Source of the DNA: Candidatus Latescibacterota bacterium
GTDB lineage: Bacteria > Latescibacterota > UBA2968 > GCA-2709665
NCBI GenBank assembly: GCA_965237675.1
Contig: OZ250150.1
Coordinates: 256,001 to 320,000, forward strand
Reading direction: 5' to 3'
Length of the DNA stretch: 64,000 nucleotides
The notes beneath the pieces were generated by a model, which did not search any database, was not told the DNA's origin, and saw only the letters and a program-made list of their open reading frames with translations. The first letter of the stretch is position 1, and each line of letters opens with the position of its first letter. Position numbers and translations under genes: made by a program. This document shows positions 50,058 through 60,272 of the stretch, piece after piece.

Positions 50058-52589
50058 TCACGCCAACAGGTCGTCCCGCCCCAACATCGTTGCCGGTGTC
50101 CGGCTCGCGAGCACGGCCGGATAGAGACTTGCCAGCAAGGCCGCGCCCAGTATGGTAGCCGCCTGCTGAAGGACCGGTCCCCAGGGCCAATAGACCTGGA
50201 TGGTCCATCCGAAATACGCCCGGTTGATCTCGAAAACCAGGATCCCCGCCAAGAGGACACCCCCCAGGACCCCCAGGCCCAACCCCAGCAGTCCGAAACC
50301 CATGCCCTGGCCCAGAAACACCCAGAAGACCTGCCTGCGCTTCGCGCCCACGGCACGATACAATGCCAATTCGGACACCTGCTCCCGAACGAGCACCAGG
50401 AGCATCAACATGATCCCGCATACGGCAATCACCAGACTCATCCCCTGCAGAATCCTTGTCACCAGAAATGTCTGATCGAATATCCGGAACACCTCGTCTC
50501 TGAGCCGGCGATTGCTGCGTATTTTAAGGGGCGCCTCCGAAAACCGCGCCTTCAAACTGTCGATGACCGTGTCGCCGTCCCAACCCGGCTTCAAAAAAAG
50601 CGCTGCGCCGTTGACCGGTCCCGGGCCGAAACAGGTCTCCAGTGTCTTCAGATCCATCACGACCGCGCCGCCGCCGGTATGGTAGTCATAGTACACGCCC
50701 GCCACGGGAAATCGGATCTCTCCCTCCGGCCCGGAAACCGCGATTTCGTCACCCGCCCATCTATCCACCGCGCGGGCGAGCGTTTCTCCGACAAAAACCG
50801 CTCCCTCCTCCCGCACCCGCCGAAACGCCTCATCCACGTCTCCATCCAGCAGCGGGAAGCGCGCCTCACCTCCGGGAAGCGCCATGTCCACGCCCGCCAG
50901 TCCGATCCGGCGGTCGCCTGACCAGGCGGGGAAACCGCGAAGGCGGTCCACCGCCGCCACACCAGGATAATCCGACAGCGCCTCGACCCATTCATCCTCC
51001 AGAACGCCCTCGGTTCCCCGCCCCCGCCAGGAAGCGGGCGATATATACACATCCGCCCGGACCGACGCGTTGACCCACACCTCCAGCGTTCGACGGAAAC
51101 TCCCGATCATCAGCGTAATGCCCACCAGCATGCTGACCGCAATGGCCAGCGACGCCACCGCGAACGACGTCGTCCAGATCCGAACACTCAGTCCCTTCAG
51201 ACTGTACCCCGGCCCGAATCCTCTAACCCGCACGCGTCCGCAGACCTGGCGGATTGTGAACGGCGCGCATAACGGCAGCCCCATCAGAAGCGCCACGCAC
51301 AGCACGAATCCCGCGTGTTTCCATTCCCTCCCCCACCCGAGGTACCAGACGCCCGCCGCCACAAGAATGCCCATACCCAATAAAAAGAGCCGTAAGGACA
51401 GTGAGCCCGTCCGCTCCTGAAGCGGAAATGACGAAAGCAAAGAGCGGGTATCGCGCCGGCACATATCCAGCGCGGGCACCAGCGCGCCCGCCAGGGCGCC
51501 GCCCATCCCGATCGCCACACCCAACCCGTACAACCAACGCGGCAGCGCCAGGGATGAAATCTCCTCCAGCAGGTAAAGATTCGTGAGCGTCGCGCTCACG
51601 ACCTCGAGGTTCGCCTCGGCGGCCCAATACCCCATCGGCAGTCCAAGCAACACGCCCAGTATGCCAAGAAGCGCCACCTCGCCCAGTATCAATCCGAGAA
51701 CCTGGGCCCTTGTGGCGCCCAGAGAGCGCAGAAGTCCGAACTCCGCCCGCCGCCGGACCAGGCCCGCCTGCGTGCTGCTGTAGACCAGGAAGAGCCCCAC
51801 GAACAGGCTGATGAGACTCATCGCCGTCAGGTTCAGCCGGAACGCCGAAAGCAGCCCTTCCACCTGCTCCGACCGCTGTCCGGGCGTGACCACTCGCATT
51901 CCGGGGCCCAGCCGGTCCTGCAATCGTCTCCGGACCTCGTCCGCGTCCGCGCCGCGGGCCGTACGTACGTCAATCTGATGAAGCTCACCCCGCCGCCCCA
52001 GCAACGCCTGCGCCTGCGCGATATCCATCAGCGCCAGGTTCGGGCTGGCCAGCGGGCTTAACTCCTGGAAGTCCACCAGCGCTCCCACGCGCAACCGCAC
52101 CCGCCGGACACCGCTGTGGACTTCGAACGTATCGCCGACCGCCCACCCGAACCGCGCCGCAAGCGCCGGCGTCACCGCGGTCCATCCATGACCCGCCACG
52201 GCCTCTGAAATATCGCCGGGATCGCCCCGCCACGGGATCCGCATCGGCGTAAATAAATCGACCCCCAACACCTCCAGAAAAAACCGGGCCCGATCCGCCA
52301 GGGCCACGTCCACCCGATAAAGCGGCCAGGCCGCCGCCACCCCCTCCACCGCCAGAACCTCGGCGTACAATTGCTCCGAAAACGCCGGCGTTCTTCCCAT
52401 CACACTTAAATCGGCCTCCCCGCTCACCGCCCGCACCGTCCCCTCGAACGCGGCCAGCGCGTTGTAATTGACAATCTGAATGGAGAGTACCGACGCAACG
52501 CCCAGCGCCACGCCGAATACCGTCAGAAAATAGAGGCTGCCTCCCGCGCGAAGTTGGGCGCCCAGCGAATTTGCGAAGTAGCGAATCAA
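50058..52589 (-). CDS. FtsX-like ABC permease (AttF/G type)
   Basis: GVALGVA, AFRLNLTAMSLISLFVG, MIGSFRRT, F.IFDQTF, IN...FGWT; start approximate (ORF open to 52715). Confidence 0.85.
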   Translation of the reverse strand: MIRYFANSLGAQLRAGGSLYFLTVFGVALGVASVLSIQIVNYNALAAFEGTVRAVSGEADLSVMGRTPAFSEQLYAEVLAVEGVAAAWPLYRVDVALADRARFFLEVLGVDLFTPMRIPWRGDPGDISEAVAGHGWTAVTPALAARFGWAVGDTFEVHSGVRRVRLRVGALVDFQELSPLASPNLALMDIAQAQALLGRRGELHQIDVRTARGADADEVRRRLQDRLGPGMRVVTPGQRSEQVEGLLSAFRLNLTAMSLISLFVGLFLVYSSTQAGLVRRRAEFGLLRSLGATRAQVLGLILGEVALLGILGVLLGLPMGYWAAEANLEVVSATLTNLYLLEEISSLALPRWLYGLGVAIGMGGALAGALVPALDMCRRDTRSLLSSFPLQERTGSLSLRLFLLGMGILVAAGVWYLGWGREWKHAGFVLCVALLMGLPLCAPFTIRQVCGRVRVRGFGPGYSLKGLSVRIWTTSFAVASLAIAVSMLVGITLMIGSFRRTLEVWVNASVRADVYISPASWRGRGTEGVLEDEWVEALSDYPGVAAVDRLRGFPAWSGDRRIGLAGVDMALPGGEARFPLLDGDVDEAFRRVREEGAVFVGETLARAVDRWAGDEIAVSGPEGEIRFPVAGVYYDYHTGGGAVVMDLKTLETCFGPGPVNGAALFLKPGWDGDTVIDSLKARFSEAPLKIRSNRRLRDEVFRIFDQTFLVTRILQGMSLVIAVCGIMLMLLVLVREQVSELALYRAVGAKRRQVFWVFLGQGMGFGLLGLGLGVLGGVLLAGILVFEINRAYFGWTIQVYWPWGPVLQQAATILGAALLASLYPAVLASRTPATMLGRDDLLA

Positions 52590-52657
52590 AGGAACAACCC
52601 TGATCTCCAGTAGAAAGAAATGGCCGCCGCACCCGGCGCCCACGGCCCCGGGGCGGG

Positions 52658-53356
52658 TCACGCGCCGGCGTAAGGCACGGGCGGAAGGCTTATCTCTCCG
52701 CTGTGCAACGCCCATACCTCATCGGCCAGCGTGGCGAATTCCCTGCTATGGGTCACATAGACAAGCGTCGCACCCTCTGTCTCCACCAGACCCATCATCA
52801 GGTCCATCACCCGCCGGCCGTTCTCGTCGTCCAGATTTCCCGTTGGCTCATCCGCCAGCAACAACCTGGGCCGCCGCACCAGCGCCCGGCAGATGGCCAC
52901 CCGCTGCTGCTCGCCGCCCGACAGCTTCTGCACCGGATCTTCCGCGCGGTCGGCCAGTTCCACGCGTTCCAGCAGTTCCCGGACCCGGGGGCGGTAGTCC
53001 CGTGGCTTCTCGCCCGCAATCATCGCCGGCAGGGCGACGTTATCCGCCACCGGCAGGTGCGGCATTAAATAGAAGAATTGAAAAACAAGCCCGACCTCGT
53101 CGCGTCTCAGCATCGTTCGCGCTTCTTCCGACAGTGCGCTCAGGTCCCGTTGCCCCACCCGCACCACACCTTCGGTGGGGACGTCAATGCCGGCTGCCAG
53201 GTGAAGCAACGTGGACTTTCCGCTTCCACTGCGCCCCACAACCGCCACCTTCCGGGCCGCGTTGACGACAAAAGACACGTCGCGAAGCGCATATCGCACC
53301 CCACTTCCGGCATCGTAAACCCTGGACACATTCTCAAACGAAAGCGCAGGCGCCAT
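52658..53356 (-). CDS. ABC transporter ATP-binding protein (LolD/AttE type)
   Basis: [28 protein letters not shown]. Confidence 0.9.
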   Translation of the reverse strand: MAPALSFENVSRVYDAGSGVRYALRDVSFVVNAARKVAVVGRSGSGKSTLLHLAAGIDVPTEGVVRVGQRDLSALSEEARTMLRRDEVGLVFQFFYLMPHLPVADNVALPAMIAGEKPRDYRPRVRELLERVELADRAEDPVQKLSGGEQQRVAICRALVRRPRLLLADEPTGNLDDENGRRVMDLMMGLVETEGATLVYVTHSREFATLADEVWALHSGEISLPPVPYAGA

Positions 53357-53528
53357 GTCAAATTCACCATTCATCAGGACCGTTCCGCGGAACAACGCGA
53401 GGAAGCGATGAACCCGAACCGCCGTTCCGGATCGGGCGCGCCGATGGATTGGGGTTGCGATCGGGGTTGTTTTCCCGTATCTATTTCAGCACTGATCGCG
53501 ATGCGCGCCAACCTCAGGAGGCATCCCG

Positions 53529-54587
53529 GTGTTTTCTTTCATCAGAAAAAAACATACCCTCACCAGCCTGGCGCGGACCTGCGGGTGAGCGGCCAAAGTC
53601 AGTCCGGTCGGACTCAAGAAACTCCTGGACCGCCTGCCTCAAAACGCCGATCCGAACCTGATGGTGGGATTTCAGTCCAGCGACGACGCCGGCGTCTACA
53701 GGATGGACGATGAGACCGCCCTTGTGCTCACGGCGGACTTTATCACGCCGCCGGTGGACGATCCGTACGTCTTCGGTCAAATCGGCGCGGCCAACGCCCT
53801 GAGCGACGTTTACGCCATGGGCGGCAGGCCCATCGCCTGCCTGAACCTTATCGGATTTCCATCCCGGCGCCTCGGATCGGAGATCCTGGAAGGCATCGTC
53901 CAGGGCGCCCTCGACAAGATCACCGAAGCCGGGGCCGTCCTGGCAGGCGGACACACCACCGACGACGAAGAACCCAAGTTCGGACTGTCCGTAACCGGGG
54001 TCGTACACCCCGATAAATACTGGCACAACGCCGGCGCCCGTCCGGGCGACCTGCTCATCCTGACCAAACCCATTGGCAGCGGCGTGCTGTTCAACGCCAA
54101 TCTCAAGGGATGGGTCTCGGACGTGGCGCTGCAGGAATGCCTGAACACCACAACCGCCCTCAACAAAACCGCGGCCGACATCATGGCCGGGTTCGACATT
54201 CACGCGGCAACAGACGTGACCGGCTTCGGCCTGGCCGGCCACGCCCTGGAAATCGCCAGGGCTTCGGGCCTCACCCTGGAGATCTCCGGCACCGACGTCC
54301 CCGTGATGTCAGAGGCCCTGGACATGTACGGAAAAGGCATGGGCACCGGCGCCAACGCCGCCAATCGGGAACTCATTCGAGACTCGGTCCGTTATGACGC
54401 GGCCCTGCCTGAACGACACGAAGAAATAGTCGTCGATCCCCAGACCAGCGGCGGCCTCCTGGTCTCGGTCCCTCCTGATCAGGGCCGGAGCCTGCTGGCC
54501 GCCCTGCACGACGCAGGCGAGGACCGTGCGCGCATCATCGGATCCGTCAGACCGCTGGATAACAACGCGCACATCGTGTTTGCATAG
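53529..54587 (+). CDS. selD: Selenide, water dikinase containing selenocysteine (UGA at 53586)
   Basis: AGGAGG then GTG 53529; LTSLARTCG-UGA-AAK in frame with DDAGVY, ANALSDVYAMGG, TDVTGFGL.GH, DPQTSGGLL. Confidence 0.92.
53586..53616 (+). promoter_or_regulatory. Candidate bacterial SECIS hairpin
   Basis: agtcc-ggtc-ggact at 53601-53614, with a G-containing loop about 17 nt after the UGA. Confidence 0.55.
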
Positions 54588-54686
54588 ACGAAGCGTCCCG
54601 CCAACGTAAGGATGGGCAATGGTTCCTGGCCCGCCCTGTCCCGTTTGCTCCTCATTACCATGCCGTGCGGATCCCGCGAACGGAAC

Positions 54687-55706
54687 CTATCGACCCACCG
54701 TGCTTTCCGCCACGCGAAGCCCCGGACACTGCGCCAGGACCATCTGTCCCACTTTACCCACCGCTTGCTTCACGCCCCAGGTGGGCCGCGGCTGTCCGAT
54801 CGGGGACAATTTGATCAGCACCCGATTTCCAGGGCGCGCCAGGACCAGAACGCCGAAATATTGGGAGAATGCGCCTTCCTTCACCATCGTTTCCACCAGG
54901 TAGTCCCCGTTGCGATCGGTGTACACGTCCACCAGCTTGATGACCACCGTCACCCCCCGGTAGCCCGTCCGCCACGAACAGGGCTCAAAACCCACCGGCA
55001 ACCGGGTACGATCGTACTTCCCTTTCAGTAACATATTCGGCATCGGTCCGACCTTTTCAACGGGTTTCGGGTGTGAGACGCGGGCATGCCGTCGCCAGAC
55101 AAAATAACGAACGGGCACGCCCGCATCCAGGGCCTTCCGTTCGTACTTGGTGGGTTTCCGCCCGGGCAACGCCGGCACCGACGCGGACGGGAAGCCGGAT
55201 CGCAGAAGCGGCTGTGCTTCCAGCACTTCTGAAATCCACGACGCGTATCCCCTGTGGTCCGTCGCCACGGTTACCGTGCCGCCAGCCGTCAGTCGTTCCG
55301 CCAGCGCCCGCACAAACTCCGGCTGAATCAAACGCCTTCCATGATGCCGCTCCTTGGGCCAGGGATCCGGAAAGTTGATATAAACCTGCGCGACGCTATC
55401 CACCGAAAAGAGGCGCTCGAATACAAAATCCGCCCCGCCGTGAACCACCCGCACGTTCTCCGGGCCACCCCGGTCCAAGCGCTTGAACAGCCTCTGAACG
55501 GACACCCAGGACCGTTCGATGCCTACGAAATTCATCTCCGGATTCGCATGGGCCCGATCCACCAGAAACTCGCCGGTGCCAAAGCCGATTTCGACAGCCA
55601 CCGAACCGGCGCGGCCGAATATAACCTCCCAATCCGGCGGCCAATCCTCCGAGGTCCAGGAGACCATGTAGTTCAGGATGGCTTCACTAAGTGGAAGTGT
55701 GGCCAT
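54687..55706 (-). CDS. trmB: tRNA (guanine-N7)-methyltransferase with a C-terminal extension
   Basis: EIGFGTG, NFVGIE, NFPDPWPKERHHGRRL, ATDH, TKYERK. Confidence 0.9.
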   Translation of the reverse strand: MATLPLSEAILNYMVSWTSEDWPPDWEVIFGRAGSVAVEIGFGTGEFLVDRAHANPEMNFVGIERSWVSVQRLFKRLDRGGPENVRVVHGGADFVFERLFSVDSVAQVYINFPDPWPKERHHGRRLIQPEFVRALAERLTAGGTVTVATDHRGYASWISEVLEAQPLLRSGFPSASVPALPGRKPTKYERKALDAGVPVRYFVWRRHARVSHPKPVEKVGPMPNMLLKGKYDRTRLPVGFEPCSWRTGYRGVTVVIKLVDVYTDRNGDYLVETMVKEGAFSQYFGVLVLARPGNRVLIKLSPIGQPRPTWGVKQAVGKVGQMVLAQCPGLRVAESTVGR

Positions 55707-55743
55707 GACACCGCCCCGTCTGGAAGATGCCCGTCGTCTAAAA

Positions 55744-56652
55744 TCATCCGCGGCCGCGGCGCCAGGCAGCCAACTCTTCTCTCAAGGGCGCCCAGTAACG
55801 GCGGTCCACCTCACGTTCCCGATCTTCCTCCTCACGCAACAGACGCTCCGCTTCTGCGCGACTTCCCTCTCGAACACTTTTCAAAAGCGGGCGTTGCTCC
55901 ACCATTTTACCAGTCAGATTCGGAAACCGATTCGCAAGCATGGAGAATCTCGAGCGTCCTGCATTCAGCAAGCCAGAACAGCACCTTCTTTTCAGAAGCA
56001 CGGCTACTACGTTGATAGTAATCTGCCTCAATCAGCCGGCGGATCATCGGCCAGTCTTTGTCGCGTTGCGTTTTCTTCGCGCGAACCAGATCTTCCAGAG
56101 CCATCACCGGTACCGGACCAACCCCTGGAAGAACGATCTCCAACCGACGTTTCCACAACACATTGAAGTTCGCCAACCCTCTTATCCTACCCATGACATC
56201 GATTCTGAGTCCCTCTACACCATGTGCACCACACCGAAAATGGCAGGCATGGCCCTTCGTAAGCACCTCCCGGCTTAACAGCCCGTTGAAAAAGTCCATC
56301 CGGTCTGCGGCCGGCTCTTGTGGCCGAATTACTGCGTTGCGCTCCCTTCCCGAATCCCCCGATTCGACGCGGTCGCGCGCCTTATCCTCGGCCACAATGA
56401 CTCGGCCTCGCCTGCAGAGCAACTTTATCAATGGACTGTTAAACCAGGCACATACATCGTCTCGGCCTGCAGTTGATCAAGTACAATCCGCAGATGATTC
56501 AGATTGCCGGCCGATGTCAGAATCGCCAAGTCTATGTCCCGACTGAACTCCGCCGCTCCGTAAAGGATACAGGCCTGTCCGCCCATCAGCAGCGCCCGGA
56601 TCTTGGAACCGAAGATCGTGGAAAGGGCTTTGGGAATCGGGCTTTGGTTCAC
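55744..56652 (-). pseudogene. Nucleotidyltransferase-like gene interrupted by a MITE, plus a frameshift near 55960
   Basis: LLMGGQACILYGAAEFSRDID...YVPGL|SREVLTKGHACHF...DLVRAKKTQRDKDW. Confidence 0.75.
56279..56438. mobile_element. 160-bp MITE with TTAA target duplication
   Basis: TIRs cagcccgttgaaaaagt / actttatcaatggactg; TTAA at 56275-78 and 56439-42; removal restores the reading frame. Confidence 0.85.
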
Positions 56653-56758
56653 AGGTGCCTCCAAAAAGCAGGAATACGTCCCAGAGTTTCTGGGACTCAA
56701 CAAAACGTTCCACCGGGGAACGGGCGTACCATTCCTGAACTTCACCTTCATCCATCGC
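56477..56758 (-). CDS. Small hypothetical partner of the nucleotidyltransferase-like gene
   Basis: EWYARSPVERFVESQKLWD...PDSQSPF; overlaps the start of the downstream gene. Confidence 0.45.
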   Translation of the reverse strand, partial: AMDEGEVQEWYARSPVERFVESQKLWDVFLLFGGTCEPKPDSQSPFHDLRFQDPGAADGRTGLYPLRSGGVQSGHRLGDSDIGRQSESSADCT

Positions 56759-57256
56759 GTCGTGTTCCTGTAGATTCCTATTTGCGCGGATCATTTGAAC
56801 CCAATCACGCCTGTGGCTTTCGCTTCGCCTCTCGCGGTTAAGACTCGGACCCGTTTGAATTTAGCAGATAAGAGAAGACGAATCAAGAACAGCCTTCCGG
56901 CACCTGGGAGGTCGTGAAAAGGCGTTGACATCGCCCTTCGGGAAACGCATGTTGTGAACTCACAAGGGGACGCAGGCTTGAAGGTGAATAAAATCAACCA
57001 GATAAGTAATTCAACAGACTCACGAAATACCTACTCCCCTGACGTTTGCGCGCGAATACGCCGGGTTACGGAGCATGCCCGCACCTATTCGATCAAAAAC
57101 AGCCGCCGGGAGTCGGGTATACTTTGAACTGGACATTCCGGACCGGGCCGTTCGGATAGCTTTTTTGATGCGCGGACAGGCGAATGCAATTCCCGGCCCG
57201 CGTGACATCCGCCCGTAACAGGCAGGGTGGGGAATTTTCAGAGAGGAGGCATTGCG

Positions 57257-57895
57257 ATGAACGTGTTGATCCTGTCGGGGACCAATCACGGTTTTGACCA
57301 GAGCGCCGAACTGATCAGGGAATTCCTGGACGCGCAAGGCGACCTGTCCGTGGAACTGCGCGAGGACAAGGACCTGCTGGCTTCAGGGATGGACACGTAC
57401 GACGTCTGCGTGTTCGGAACGGGGTTCACGCGGACGGTGAGGCGGGAGGACGGTTCGCTTGCCCGCGAAGCGGACCTGACGCCGGCTCAGGAGGACGGGT
57501 TGTTCGCTTTCGTGAACGGGGGGAAGGGGCTGGTGGGGATTCACGGGTCCGGATGGTGGATTGGCGGGCGGGCGGTGGATCTGCTAGGTGGTCACGCAAA
57601 CTGGCACCCGCCCGGGCTGACGTTCACCGTGAAGGTGGAAGATGAGAACCACCCCGTGATGGAGGGCATCGCGGATTTTGAAGTCGACGACGAAATATAT
57701 ATGTCGGCGTACGAACCCCAACTGCGGATTCTGGCGTCCGCACAATGGCATGGCGGGACGTTTCCGGTGGCGTGGATAAAGGCGTACGGGTCGGGTCGGG
57801 TTTTCTACACGGCGCTTGGACACGGCCCGGGTACGTTCGCGAGGCCCCCGGTGCAGGCGATGCTCTGCCAGGGGGTCCGTTGGGCGGGAGGTTGA
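57257..57895 (+). CDS. ThuA domain protein
   Basis: FVNGGKGLVGIH, HPVMEG, DEIY, YGSGRVFYTALGH. Confidence 0.85.
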   Translation: MNVLILSGTNHGFDQSAELIREFLDAQGDLSVELREDKDLLASGMDTYDVCVFGTGFTRTVRREDGSLAREADLTPAQEDGLFAFVNGGKGLVGIHGSGWWIGGRAVDLLGGHANWHPPGLTFTVKVEDENHPVMEGIADFEVDDEIYMSAYEPQLRILASAQWHGGTFPVAWIKAYGSGRVFYTALGHGPGTFARPPVQAMLCQGVRWAGG

Positions 57896-58025
57896 ACGTC
57901 CAGGCGTGAAAACTACACCACGGGAGACGCGGAAAACCCGCGGGACGTGCGGGGTCCGACTGCGTTGACGTCTGGGTTCCAGGCTCGACGTTGACGGCAC
58001 CGTTTCGATTCAAGGAGGGATTGAG

Positions 58026-58811
58026 ATGTTGGATCTGAATCTGGCGGGGCGCGTGGCGCTGGTGACCGGGGGCAGCGAAGGGATCGGAAAAGGGATAGCC
58101 CGGAAGTTGGCCCACGAGGGTTGCAGGGTTGCGATATGCGCGCGGCGGCATGACGTTCTGTCGGGCGCGGCGGAGGCCATCAGGTCGGAATCGGGCGCCC
58201 AGGTGCTTGCGGTGGCGGCGGACGTCACGCTCGCCGCGGACGTGGAGCGGTACGTGAACGAAGCGGTGTCCGAATTCGGCGGCATCGATATTCTGGTGAA
58301 TAACGCGGGGCGTTCCGCGGCCCATTACTTCGAGAATGCAACTGAAGCCATGTGGCAGGAGGATTTCGATTTGAAATTCTGGGCCGCGGTTCGCGGCTCA
58401 AGGCTGGCGGTTCCACACATGAAGGCCCGGGGCGGGGGCAGCATTGTGAATATCACACACCCTGGAGGAAAGGCGCCCGGGCCCGGTTCGGTTCCCACGT
58501 CGGTGAGCCGGGCAGCGGGTATCGCGCTGAGCAAAGCGATGTCAAAAGACCTGGCTCTGCACCGGATCCGCGTGAACACGGTCTGTCTGACCAATATCCG
58601 GTCCGCGCAGGCGGAGCGGGCGTGGAAGGCGTCCGGCAGCGACCTGGATTTCGATGCCTGGTGCGATGAACTGGGAAAGGACGTCCCGTTGGGTCGGATG
58701 GGCGAACCCGGCGAGGTGGCCGATCTGGTCGCGTTTCTGGTCTCCGACCGGGGCGCATTCATTACAGGCGCGGCGATCAACCTGGATGGGGGATCCGGGG
58801 AGACGGTGTAG
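58026..58811 (+). CDS. SDR family oxidoreductase
   Basis: TGGSEGIG, LVNNAG, PLGRMG, INLDGG. Confidence 0.9.
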   Translation: MLDLNLAGRVALVTGGSEGIGKGIARKLAHEGCRVAICARRHDVLSGAAEAIRSESGAQVLAVAADVTLAADVERYVNEAVSEFGGIDILVNNAGRSAAHYFENATEAMWQEDFDLKFWAAVRGSRLAVPHMKARGGGSIVNITHPGGKAPGPGSVPTSVSRAAGIALSKAMSKDLALHRIRVNTVCLTNIRSAQAERAWKASGSDLDFDAWCDELGKDVPLGRMGEPGEVADLVAFLVSDRGAFITGAAINLDGGSGETV

Positions 58812-58816
58812 ACGGC

Positions 58817-59590
58817 TTATATGGCCAGTTGATGTGCCAGGGTGAAGCATCGGCGGCGGACGACGTGCACGACAATGATGGAGCCGATGGCGGTGGCGGC
58901 GACAATCATGAGCATCACGATTATCTGATACTTGATGGCGGTCATCGGATCCGAGCCGGCCAGAATCTGTCCGGTCATCATCCCGGGAAGGGACACGAGG
59001 CCAACGGTCATGAGGGCGTTGATGGATGGAATCATACCGGCTTTCACCACGTCGCGCAGAATGGTGGCCGTGGCTTCCTGGTAGGTGGCGCCCAGGCAAA
59101 GGGCGAGTTCAATCTGGGCTCGCTGTTTACGGAGGTCGGCAAAGAGGCGTTCCAGGGCGATTGTGACGGCATTCATGGAATTGCCGATAATCATTCCGCC
59201 CAGGGGAATGAAGTACTGCGGGGTGTACCAGGGTTTGACCTGGACGATTGCGGCAGTGACCAGGATGGACACGGTGGTGTAGCTGGCGACCATGGAAATG
59301 AAGGTGGGTACGAAGTAGGCCACCTCCTTTTCCTTTACCCGGCCGCGGATGGCGTGGGCGGCCCAGAAGACCATCCAGATGAAGAGAATGAGAATGAGGT
59401 ACGGGTTGTTGATCTGGAAGATGTACTTGAGGACGTAGCCGACCAGGAAGAGTTGCGCGAAGGTGCGCACCGTTCCCCACGCAAGGTCTCTTTCCAGGTT
59501 GAGCCGGAAGACGACGGAGCCGGCGCCCGCGATGAGGACGAAGACGAGACACAGCAGCAACTGCAGGGGCGAGATCTCGATCAGGTTCAA
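58817..59590 (-). CDS. fetB: Iron export ABC permease (UPF0014)
   Basis: RTFAQL..VGY, IPLGGMIIGNSM, GLVSLPGMMTGQIL.G, YQI. Confidence 0.85.
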   Translation of the reverse strand: MNLIEISPLQLLLCLVFVLIAGAGSVVFRLNLERDLAWGTVRTFAQLFLVGYVLKYIFQINNPYLILILFIWMVFWAAHAIRGRVKEKEVAYFVPTFISMVASYTTVSILVTAAIVQVKPWYTPQYFIPLGGMIIGNSMNAVTIALERLFADLRKQRAQIELALCLGATYQEATATILRDVVKAGMIPSINALMTVGLVSLPGMMTGQILAGSDPMTAIKYQIIVMLMIVAATAIGSIIVVHVVRRRCFTLAHQLAI

Positions 59591-60249
59591 GCAGACACCT
59601 CCTGAAGACCGCCGTCGAGCCGATAGCGTCTTGCACGGGCTCGTTGCGGTCTGAAGTCCAGATGCGTGACCAGGACAATGCCGATGTTCTGTTCCAGCGC
59701 GAGGCGTTCAAGCCAGGTTTCGACGACGGATTTGGACTCCGGGTCCAGTGCCGAGGTGGGCTCGTCGCAGAGGAGGAACCGGGGTTCGGACAGAAGCGTC
59801 CGAATGAGGGCTATCCGCTGTTTCTGGCCGACGGACAAGGTCTCCGCGTCGTCGTCGAGGTGCACGCCGTGAAGCAGGAAATCGTCCAGAAGCGTTCGTA
59901 GCCTGTCGTCGTCCGGAAATGGCCCGCCCCTGCCGGCTTTAAACGTGAAAGGAAGAATAAGGTTGTCACGCACGGCGCCGCCGGCCATTGCGGGCGTCTG
60001 CTGGACGTAACCGACGTTTCGCCGCAGTTCGGTCACGTCATGGCGCTCCACGGGTATGCCGTCCAGGATGATGTCCCCCGACGTGGGCTCCTGAAGCCGG
60101 TTGGGCAGCCGAAGGAAGCTGGATTTGCCGCTTCCGGATGGACCGTGGATGAGAATGAAATCTCCGCTGTCAACGGTGAGGTCGACCCGTTGAAACAGCG
60201 GTTTTTTTGTGCCGTATTGGAGCGAGAGGTTTTTGATCTCGAGGCGCAT
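59587..60249 (-). CDS. fetA: ABC ATP-binding protein (FetA-like)
   Basis: GPSGSGKS, LSVGQKQR, DEPTSALD; adjacent to fetB. Confidence 0.75.
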   Translation of the reverse strand: MRLEIKNLSLQYGTKKPLFQRVDLTVDSGDFILIHGPSGSGKSSFLRLPNRLQEPTSGDIILDGIPVERHDVTELRRNVGYVQQTPAMAGGAVRDNLILPFTFKAGRGGPFPDDDRLRTLLDDFLLHGVHLDDDAETLSVGQKQRIALIRTLLSEPRFLLCDEPTSALDPESKSVVETWLERLALEQNIGIVLVTHLDFRPQRARARRYRLDGGLQEVSA

Positions 60250-60272
60250 GGCTGTCTGAAATATACCCCGGG

